In this document: positions 27,201 to 38,800 of the stretch, one piece after another | Layout: every line of letters starts with the position of its first letter | Position numbering within the stretch: the stretch's first letter is position 1 | Assembly: GCA_977030845.1 (NCBI GenBank) | Contig: OZ365113.1 | Location: 20,212,001 to 20,276,000 of the forward strand | DNA: 64,000 nucleotides | Source of the DNA: Fimbriosthenelais zetlandica | Lineage: Eukaryota | Direction of reading: 5' to 3' | Notes under the pieces: generated by a model | The model's database searches: none | What the model was told of the DNA's origin: nothing | What the model saw: the letters and a program-made list of their open reading frames with translations, nothing else | Position numbers and translations under genes: made by a program

Positions 27201-29863
27201 TATTCTATACCCAAAGAATACAAGAATAAAGGAGGGATTGTCAGTGGCTTCACATATCCCTATTCAACCTTCGAATATTTCATGAGGAATAAACTAGCTT
27301 TATAAGGTTCCAGGACTGTGCTCCTGATGATGAAAGCATCCTCATATATACATCGTTGTGTCTCTTTTCGATCGACCTGTGAGCTTTCTTTACCTCATTA
27401 TGATAGCTCTAACCTTCCCTTGCATCTCTGCCACATAAAAAGTATCAGGCCACATGCATTCAACAGCTACATGTACTTATGAAGTAGTAACTTCATAACA
27501 AAGGGTTCAAATATCAGCAATGATAAAATCTCTTGTCCCTTAGCTTCCAGAGGAGCTGTGTGCATGTATGACACTTTTACTGAGACCATATTATTTAGAT
27601 ACCTGTTGATAACTAAATGATCTCTCATCCTATGGCGAAGAGTACAACCATTCTTTCAAAGCCAGCCACCTCCCTGTTTCGCTCTCAAGTGTCTGTACAT
27701 ATATTGTGACATCCATACATTCTTTAGTCCGTATTTGAGCATTGTTCGTGCGGAGAAAGATGATGACACAAGCAGATTTATTAATCGCTGTATAGCTAAA
27801 GTACTATTCCTTAGTGCCTCTTGCAGTATTCTTATTGTAGGGTGTGGCGGTTGAGCCGCGGACTCATTTTTGACAACGGATCTTAACTTGATCATTGCTT
27901 TGAGTAAATGGTGCCATGACATCACAGGTTGAGGAACGACTCGCAAACATCATGCTGTATTGCTCATAATATCGAAATCCCAAAGTAGAATTAATTATAA
28001 ACGGAGATGTATTATGGAATAAGAATCAAAGGAAAGGCAATGTATCTGTCCATAATCCATTTCTGGATTGTGCACACTTGTACAGTGCCTCTGCTTCACC
28101 CAGTTTGACTACGAGCATGATGAACAAAGGAGGCATTACATAGAACAAAGGCCACGCTATATATATATGTACCCCACCAGAACATAGACTACATACATGA
28201 GCAAATGTAGATATCCTACCTTTTTGTGTCAGCTTTGTAAACTTCTATATCCAAGGCCAGGGGAATGGCAATCACACCGGCTGGCAAGCCTGGTAAAAGA
28301 GTGGAAGAGAAAAGACACAAAGCTTTCATTGTAATGGATCTCCCAGCAGAAAAAAGTCAGTGATAAAATGCAACCCTCATTGTCTGTACTTCGATGCCCA
28401 CCAATATACTGAGCGTATATAAAGAACCATGCGACTGGTATCAAAGTCCTTTTGGGGTCCCTCGGGATGGAGGCATGGTGTGCGTTTTGTCGATGGTCTA
28501 CAGAGGGCAAATCTTTCTTGCAGGGGAGATACTTAGCAGTACATAGACTATTTTATTTACCATGATTTAATGTCAAGTTGGTGGGAATATCCGCATGTCT
28601 TACTTTATGAGCGATAGAAGGCCACCAACGAAACCTTCGTGACAGTATGATTAAAAAAGATCAAATTTAACAAGATGAAATCGTATCCTCTGTAAGATTT
28701 TCGACAATTAAAAAGAATTTGCACTTTTCTTAGATCAGCACCTTCATTAATGTTCATCCAGTGAAGAGGGTATCGAATTACGCTTCAGTTAAGTTGATGT
28801 TACAAGAAAGCCAAGACCAAAAAGTCCAATTCTAAGTAGCCCTTCCTTTTCCATGCAGACCACAAGTAAGATATTCACGTAGGGAAGGAGGTCTGATAAG
28901 GAACAGGGCAAAGCTGATTACTTTGGTCTGCTCTGTGACACCGGCATGAAAGTGGATCAAATAAATATGGAAAAAAAGGCCTCTTTTCATTTCGCAGAAT
29001 AATGAGGGTTGAATGGAAGGCCCTCAGGACGGCATCCATTGACAAAAAATACCTCTTAAGAAAAGCCAAGAAACAGGAAACCTGCATGTTGCGTTATCTC
29101 ACGCACTCTAGATCTTTCTAAATATATTTATGAGCAAGTATAATATCAACAATATTACTTGACCATGCGAGGCGTGTAATATTGACCATTCTCATCTTAT
29201 GATTGGACAAAATCAACCTGAAACATTGCAATAGGCCTAGACTTTTCAGCGGTGGTATTTTCGCAACAATTTATTCAAAAAAATAATTAAAGATATTGAT
29301 TTTAGGGATAGGTACTCACCCCAGGCCACAATGCCCCGTTTAAGGATAAAACACCTGTCTTTGATGTCTGCCTCCCGCCCCAGCAGACTAAAAACATGTT
29401 GTGACGTAACAGAGAGCCAGAGTAACGTGGAGAGCGTGAAATAGTGAGAAAGCACAGCGACAACGAGGCAAATGAGGTCATCTCCAACCTCATTTTTATG
29501 GAAGCCAATCAAAATGCAGACGTTGCTTAGCAACATTGATGAACACAACTGGATGACAGCCTGACCGAAGTTTTCCCGATTTAATGTCCTGTAAACAAGT
29601 AATTTCCAGCGATTAGGAAAGGAGAATGGAATTTCAATCCCTAACAAATGAATGATGATTTCAGTTAATGTCAATTTTCGAAAGGCATTCCTGAATATCT
29701 GCTTCAATATTATTAATGCTCTATATTAGGATTATCCTTACCTAAAGAGGCTGTATGTGAGAAGGACTGCAAAAATACATAGGATGGAGACGCCAGTAGC
29801 ACAGAATGAAACAAGGAAGACCAACGTGTTGCGTTGTGTACTGGCATAAACATCTGGTAAATC
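21287..29863 (-). CDS. Adhesion GPCR 7TM region and cytoplasmic tail (5 exons)
   Basis: TM1 TLVFLVSFCATGVSILCIFAVLLTYSLFR; TM2 QLCSSMLLSNVCILIG; TM3 CLVVAVLSHYFTLSTLLW; TM4 AWGLPAGVIAIP; ECL2 Cys then TM5 YLTPACLLSFLNAVLF; TM6 VLLAFIGISWIIG; TM7/helix 8 LCGLLILIIYVLLRRDATLAWRNTCC; Ser/Gly/His-rich tail ending HSKI. Confidence 0.9.
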
Positions 29864-32800
29864 CTGAAATGAGTTATCAAAGATTACATCATGAAAAGAG
29901 GTCATAACCGAAGCCATGTTCCGGTGAATTTAATGAGGACCGATCACAAATATTTAACATCCATTAATTATCCATCTTCTGAGGCTGGAAATGGTGTGTG
30001 GACCACTTAAGTGCCTAAAACACCGTGTAAAAAACCAGAGATTGCTTGTCCCGAATGATTCCCCATGTCTGATAAGATATTCTCTACATCTTCAAACCAA
30101 TTATTCACCAGACCTACAGACAAGAGACATCCGAAGCCATCCTGATGTTACAGCCTTAGGTACGAAATGGAAATCTACAAGAAGGTGTACACGGTTATCT
30201 ACTTGGCTTGATAAGTGTTTTCTGGATCACTCACCGTCTTGACTGTAAAGTGTGAGAGGTGGCTGGAGCAGCATTGTACAGTGCCACCTACACGTCCAAG
30301 GCTCCTCAGGCCAGCTGAGGACCAGCGCCTGTCTAAAGACAAGCACAATGAGCAATGAGACTCGTACATTCCATGGACTTTTCTCTGTCTCATACTATGT
30401 CTTGCTATGTTGTTGTAAAAGCTTGTTATTATTGCTGTTACTGACAATACGTTAAATCACCATTCATTGCAATACAGAGACATTATTTTCTGTGTTGGTG
30501 GATAACACAAAAACCGGAGAAGGAATTCGTTTATTCCAGGGTAAAGCCTGGTGATATCTGTTGGAATCTGACCAATTTTAAAGTAGGCCATGCAGCATTT
30601 AATTCACAAACCCTGCTGTGTCCCTTGTTTCCAATAGGTATTTTCAGAACAGTCTGCACAAGATGGCAAAAGACCCATCATGGCATGGTCCATTAAATCA
30701 AACCCAAAATGCCTCGAGGAAAACTTTTAAATCCATTGTAATCTGCGGTCAGTTGCAGTTGTAAGCTTCTTGCAGTAAAAATACGAACAAACAAATCTGT
30801 ATTGATTGGAAGGGTGTCAGGCATGTCCAGCCGGTTCATGCATCAGAACAATGCAACAACCTTTAACTCAAAATGGAAGGACAAATTAAAAATGGTTTAC
30901 AGATTACAATGGTTTGAAAGAAGCTAATGAGCTACTTACCATCTTCATACCAATATACACACTTATGGGCTGTTTGAGAATCTCCCTGAAAAAAAAAGAA
31001 CATTACGCTTACATGATATTCGATATTCAAATTCATCTTGATGCTCATTATGATTATTACTGCGTTGTGCACACCTTCTTGTCATGTTGATGAGAATATT
31101 ACTCAGTCATAGCCAAAAACCATCTTGTCATGTTGATGGGAATATTACTCAATGTGTCGCCAAATCAGTGAATCCGAACTTACGGGAGGAAAAGGTATGG
31201 TGTAGACTACACAATTCTCCAGGTCTGCCACCCTCAGCCGTCCAATGCTTGCTGAGATAATCCTCTCCTCGTCTGACGGCAGCCGTTCATCCTCTGTGCT
31301 GGCGTAAGTCCTGAAAAGCTTGCCACTTCGAAAATAAGCAAACTGAGCTCGACTACTGGACTTGTATGTCTTGAACACCTCCGACGGGATCTTGATTGAA
31401 GGCGTTCCATTCTGCCGAAGAACAATACAATGGTTAGTATCAATGACCTTTCAAAGAATTCATGGTAATTTCAATTGTTTGAATATTCTTGATTGGTAAG
31501 GCAATGGAGTTAAAAATTGACTACGGCCTCGGGTGTGTGGAAGGATCTCAACTAGACCAATTTAATGATTGAAGGATTCGCTGTTAATGAAATTTTGAGA
31601 ATCTGGAATCTTGAGAGCAAGCTCTTTGCCCACACATTCGGCAGCCGCTACAAGAGCAGCCGTGGGCTATGGTGAGAAAAAAGTAGACCAAAGTCGCTCT
31701 ACCGGTGCAAACAGAATGAAGCTTTCGTTGCCATGGAAAAAAGCATCCCCAGTGGGCCCCAATCTGATAAAGAAGAGATGGAATTAGGTCTCAGATGTAG
31801 GGAGACATGTAGGGAGGGAAAAGTGCTTCCTTGCCTGCCAAAAAGAAGCTTGGGGCTGTCCATTTACCACGATCCCTGAGACTTGGGCAGCAACAGGTTA
31901 AGAAACCACACTTGGAACTGCCCAAGGCCTTTTCATGGCCTAGAGGGAAGTGAGGTATATAAGGTGGAGGCATACATCTCCACTATCGGGATATATATAC
32001 GTGCTGAAGTCTGCCCTAGCACAGTCAGGCACACAGCCATCTGAGTATAAATGACTGTGGGTCTATTCACATTTGTCTACCTGATGCAGTAAAGGACTTA
32101 CACGATCAGACTGTGGTCTGGAGGAGAAACTGATGCCGTTGTATCGGTCAGAATCAGTGAGCATCCTCACGGAAAGATCAAGTGTTGTCAGCTCAAGTGA
32201 AAAGTTAGACCCTTCCACCTGCATGCCAGCCTGCAACTCGTCCATCACGTGGAGTATCCTACAAACCAATGTCACCAAAGATAAATCATTAATATACTTG
32301 TCTGCTCCTGTCCTCCCATCCCTGCCTGCCTCCTGTCTACCCCTTCCTTTGCTTCCTAGCTCTTCCCGCCTCAGGCAATAGGTGGATGATATACTATATA
32401 TACTATACATATAAGTATTCATTACTTATCGATCAATAGCTACGGAAGAGGCGAGTAGATTTGTGTTCGATGATAGACCTCCGAAGTCAGGCTTACTGTT
32501 TTGTATAGCAGGTTAGGCAAATATGCTTTGTACATATATACGTGTTTATGACTTACAGGTAGACGTATTTGTTTTTCTATTGCATCTCCCATTATAATGT
32601 TCTTTTAGCTTAAAAACTCGGCCTTATATAAAGCTACCTTTAGAAAGGTGTAAATGCTATATAACATGAGTTTACTTAGAGGGAACTGAAAGTTACCAAT
32701 TACAGATTTACCCCCAAACTATGCTCATGTTACCTGTGTTAAAGTTTGCGAAATTTTGAGATGGAAAAAAGAAACTTTGCCTTACCTGGCTGAGATATTG

Positions 32801-35800
32801 GTGTCAAGCATTTCACTGGGTGCAGCCAGTATGATCTGATCTATCACAGCAAACATGTCAGCAGCCACCTGTTAGAAGGAAAGTATGGGAAATTAGATAG
32901 AGTGAGCTCAGAGTGGACAAAGGCAGCTAAGCAGTCTATTATTACAGGGGGAACAATTATCATGGTCAAGTTGGCCTTATACCGATCGCTTAGACTCTTG
33001 TCCAAAACGTTCCCAATTTTTCTAATGAAATGATCCTATTCACCCGAATTGTTAGAGAACGGTGGTCTGTTTGTTGCTCCTGACTCAAGAATCTTTAAAT
33101 ATATCAACCCGTTATATTATGAACACTACATTTGAAATCAAAACCGATTCAGGTTCTCCAGTATGAAGCCTCTGAATAAGCAATGCGCTCATCATTGAAT
33201 TATGGCTTAGCGTGCCATGTTTAAATTCAACAACAGTTTTCTCGACCTTCCGACATCGAATATTAATAAGTATTTTAAGAACGAACAAAACATGCCACAG
33301 CTAAAATGTAATTAAAAAGCTTATTATTCATTCCATGTCTTAATAAGTGCAATGGAATAACTGCATGATGTCTGCATTTGAGACAGCGATAGACGTAAGC
33401 ACAAAAAACTGTTGATAGCGAAGATGAGAAAAATCCACTGAGAAGAGTGGGGCGGCGCTTCATATGTTATTCATGAATTGTGACACTAGCGATGCCGGAA
33501 GACAATCAGGAGCTTGATTAATATTGGAATAAAGCAGATGTCTCTCTGAACACGGAAACGCTCCATGCAATTTGAAAAAAAACCTAAGGCATTCCCTGTA
33601 ATGTCCATATGTTTCAGAGTATCTTATTCTTTTTCCAAACGGATAATTCATCTTCTCATAGTTACATATGGTGAAAGCCAACCACTCCGACAGATATAAA
33701 CTTCAGAAGTCTTTTGATTCAAAGCAGCATTCCTTGACAGACGGTGTTGCTCGTTTATAATTACACAAGAGAACAATCAGCCACACATATCAAAAAAAAT
33801 ATTCCGCTTTACTATTTCACTCAATGTACATTAATTTCATAACTTGGACCAGCATTGGCCACCTCGTTTGATGACCATAATACTGATTACTCGATATAAT
33901 GATGGCATGCTGACCAAGAGTAGGAGACGAGAGCATACCCATCCGTCTCATTGGTGGACCGGTCGTGCTCGAGAGGAAACCTTAACTGTCTCAAGTAGGG
34001 AGAGTAGGGGATATAAATGGTAGCTGGAGGAACTACTTACACGAGTGTTCTTTAGAGCAAATGGCAGAATGTCTTCCATTAGCTCAGTGGCTAGCTGCAC
34101 GTGCTCTGAGCTGCTCCAGGTGATGTTCCCGTTACGGAAAGGCGCCAGTGCCTGCATGGCCATATCAGATGATGTAATTTCCTGAAAAATGACCAGATTG
34201 CATGGAACTACTCACTATAGCTTTATTATATAGCCATGCCACAATAATATATATACCCCAGGGCCATTTGTATAAGGACATCAATGACAGCGGGTTGTTT
34301 TTCTGCTCCTTGGCTTGCGTCAGTTTTGCCCTGCTGGACTATACCTTCAATATGATTTTCATCGCTGCATTATATATGAATGGAGGCCTGTTTGCGTGCC
34401 AAATGGACTTACACTAGTCATGTAATACATTTCTAAATATACACACGTATATTTGTTATTTGGTTTTCAGCAGAGCAAGAGAAAGACACACAGAGAGACA
34501 GACAGATAGACAGTAACCCCGACAGGGAGAGAGAATGGGAGGTCGGGGGTGGGGAGGGGATGGGGGTATACACCTATACCATTGGATATCACCATCCAAG
34601 CCAAAATCGAGCACTTTTACTAGGAATAAGCATACAGCGACTCAATTACACATATAAGCTCAGATAGATGCATAGAACAGGCATTTATATTGTGTGCTTG
34701 TCTCAGAGGACCAAAATACAAAGTGCAGTATAGACAAAGACACAAGACCTTGCCCCGGGGTTATATGGGAGCTCGCAACCCCTTCTTCCCTCCCTTCACC
34801 CCAATAACAATAGGAACAGCATAACACGAATCTTAAGATCATCAGGAGGTAGCTCTATGTGATAAATATTTGATGAATGGACTATTCGTGTATAGGCTCG
34901 TAGCCTGAGACTGGGTGCGTGATGATATGGTTATCAAGTATTATAGATGGTGTGATATAGAAAACACATATGAAACACATGTCTGATACATTTTTCTGTA
35001 TACAATGATAAAAAATAACTGTGGGAACCAGTCCAAAATGTTTTTTCTCACCGTGGAACATGAAGATATATCTGGTTTAGACCAGGTTAAGCTGCCATCA
35101 CTTTCCAGGATGCATTTGCGGAAGGCGAGATGTTGAGGGATTCTGGGACATGGGTGTGAGACCTCCACGCCATGGGCAATCTCAGACCATTGGAAGGTGC
35201 CGGCACGCGAGTAGATAACCTCATGAGGGCAAGACTCTGAAAAGGTTCAAAGTTCTTCTACTACATCATATAAATATTAAATCATCATATTTTTACCGTG
35301 ACCAAATTCCCCCATTCGTCAAAATCGCCGATCTGGCTGCTCTCAACCCGTTCAAGATGAATTGGCCACGGGCGACAAAACCCGAATTAAACCTTTTAAT
35401 CTGGACCATCTGGCAATGGAAATGTATAAAATCTGACTTTACGTTGTTGAAGTGTGGAATATACATTACAAGCAAGTGGAGATGGCCAGTATCACTGTAT
35501 GCCATAATGGACCTCATCATAAATTTTTCGATCTGCACTTTATATTAGCCGTGTAACCCACAGGACATACATTGGACTTGCACCTGCTCATGGAAATTGC
35601 TTAGCATGTTGGATACGAGTGGGACAGGAGATGAGCGCCTCATGCCCCACCAAGGAGCAGCTCAACACACGGATAAGAGGATAATGCCTCTAGCTAAAGT
35701 GGCTTTAACATACTTCTTTCCTCAGGCCTTTCGCTCATGTTCCTAAATCATGAACTTTGTACATTCTTTCCCCCAGAGGCTGGGGGAGGGGGCTCCAAGG

Positions 35801-38800
35801 TCCAGATGTCACCCCACTCAAGGCTCAAGTAATATTTGGAGGACATGTTCCAAAACTTACTTGCGTGCTCACTTTTGTACTGTGTGCTCACAATGATCAT
35901 GTCGATTTGCATGGAGACGGACAGATCTAAAGATTTTTATCTGATTGTACAGGCTTTAATAATGTAGGCTTAGGACTCAGATGAAATTTCAAAACGCACT
36001 AATGGATATCTAGATGTAACTTGATTATCATTCCATGTGGTCCTCAAGTATCACAATGATGCTTAGATTTCCCTCTGTGTGTTGCTGATTAAATGCTTTT
36101 GAAAGCACCATTTCAATCATGCGGTTCAAGATTCAGGAATAGTTACGGTAGTAAAACTTCAATGGAATAAATCGGCTGAGGAAGCGATACATTTATTGCT
36201 TTGTAAGCGAGGACTAATTTGTCTCGTTTTCATGGACATTAATATCAACAGAGCCCATTGGAATATTACATGGATTTGCGTTAAATTCTTATCATGTGGA
36301 TTTTCATTTAGATTTAGGTATATATCTAGACTAAAAATGATACCTGGGATTTCACAGTCTTTCCCTTGGTAACCGATCGTACACATGCATCTGAATGAAC
36401 CAGCAACGTTAACACACGTCCCTCCATTTTCACACACGTGCACCCGGCATTCGTTGACGTCCTGCTCGCAGATTTCTCCTATATGAAAAAAAGTTATGGT
36501 ATCCCTTACACATTGATTATTACGACCGGTGGATGGTTGCTTAGGATACCCTGGATCTGTTGTAATCTATGTACAGCATCTGTGAAGAGGTTCAAAGGGG
36601 TTAGATCCACTGAGGCATAGGACAGTGTTAAAACATCTCATAAGTGTGGTATATTTCAAAAGGCTGCATTGCGTAAATATTCACATTTTGTTGGAAATAT
36701 GTCTGAATGGATGTTTAAAGAGAATATTCCAACTTTCTGAATGTTAGCATAGAAGGGAGCTGCACACAATTCTGCGACAAGCGATATAAGACAACGATAC
36801 TTTATTGGGAATTTGAGCAAGGCATCCAATGCAGGCGACAGGCCCACAGTGACACATGATCATGTCCCTGTGGCTCCAATGCTCGAGCAGCATATGGGAA
36901 ATTATGAAAAGAATCTGACAATGTGTATGATTACCAGGGACAGATAATGATCTTTTTTCCTATAATGCTTGAGTTTCATCCAGGGTGAAAATATGAAAAA
37001 TAAACTTGGGCGTTTTTGTTATGCTGTGAAGATCACATGATCTGAAAGAAAAAATGAAGGTAGGCGATATTTCTGGCTGGGTTCAATGGCCTGCAACATG
37101 CGCTTACTGTCTGGCGAAGGTATTTTCTTATTCATGGCTTCATAGGTAATTCTGTTATTATTTTCCCTTTGAATCCATCATCTTTTACTTGCAGATTGCA
37201 AGGACATGTATTATGAAACGAAATCATCCCATCCTGTCGCCTCGTATAATACATTTATCGTATAGAGATGACATGGGAGAGGGCGTTATGTAAAGCAATA
37301 TGTAAAAAATAGAAGTATTGCCTGGAAGAAAAAAAACTTCTAGACTGGAAATCCCTGCTGACCTTTACACAAAGGTCCAACACAGAAGTGGATACGTGAT
37401 AGAAAACCTCCTCGGTTGGGGAGGTTCTGGAAAGAAACCTCCGAGCCTTCTATAATAAATTTGACAAATTTGAAATAAGGGGACTTACCTGTGTAGCCAG
37501 GCGGACACCGACAGACATCCCCTGTATTTGTCCTCACACACGTGCCATTGTTTTTGCACATATAACTTAAGCATGGAGTATGGTAATCACATCTCTCACC
37601 AAAGAACCCGTTAGGACACTGACACTCAAACACATGAAGTAGGCCTTCATGATCCATACGTCGGACACACTTTCCCTGGTTCAGACACGGATTGGATGAA
37701 CAGGGATCAAATATTTCACACTTTTTCCCCGAGTATCCCTGCCGGCACTGGCAGTAGATCTGGATTTGCTCACCAGATGTGCGCCGGATGCATGATCCAT
37801 CGTTCAAGCATGGTCTCTGGTTGCTGCATGGAATTTCGATATCACAAACTTTGCCCTGGAAGCCCTCTTGGCAGAGACAAGTGTATTTGTCATTGCTGAC
37901 GTGCTGGCATGTTCCTGTGTGGAAACACGGATTGGAGACGCAGGGGTTGTAACTTTGACACTTATCCCCATAAAACCCAGTTGGACAAATGCAGCGGAAA
38001 CTTGGACCTGTTATGGATATGCACGTTCCTTGATTTTCACATGGATGTCCAGCGCAGGGATCGGAACTTTCACAAGTCGGCCCGAAAAGTCCTTTAGGGC
38101 ACTGACATTCAAACCGACCTCCTGGGAGATCAGAACACGTCCCTTGCCTGCATGGGTTGGAACGGCAAGCCTCAAAATGCTCACAGAATGTACCAAAATA
38201 GCCTGGTGCACAAGTGCAAAGGTCATCGATGATTGTAGTATTGCTGCAAGTGGCGCCATATTGACAAGGATTGCTCCCACAGGGGTCATAGTTCTCACAC
38301 GCCCTACCTGTATATCCTGGGTCACATGTACACTCATATTTGCCATCCTGGGAGGATTTACAACTCCCATGTTTACATGGATTCACGTGACATCCATTGT
38401 AGTATTGGCAAAGATCACCAAAATATTCTGGGGTGCAGGCACATTTGTACTGTGTATCCGACGTGTTGACACACACTGCTCCATTGCGGCATATAGCTTT
38501 GACACAAGGGTTGTATCCATCACATAAGTCACCGAAATATCCCTCTTGACATTTACACTGGTAAGTAGTATCGGATATATTGACACAGGAAGCTCCATTG
38601 ACACAGGGGTTCTCAGCACAAGGGTTGATCTTCTCACAATGACGTCCATAAAATGGCTCCTCACAGACACAGTCATATTCACGATCTGATACCTTGAGGC
38701 ATTTGCTTTCATGCAGGCACGGCTGGTCGAAGCAGGGATTATATTCAGTGCAGTTCTGTCCTGACCATCCTGAAATTTGAGAACAGAGTGTATTACAATA

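Noticed and set aside
35293-35538. 81-aa ORF with a donor-like GTAAAA between the cbEGF and HormR exons
   Set aside because: Phase does not fit the 1-1 junction; the cbEGF exon already joins HormR in frame.
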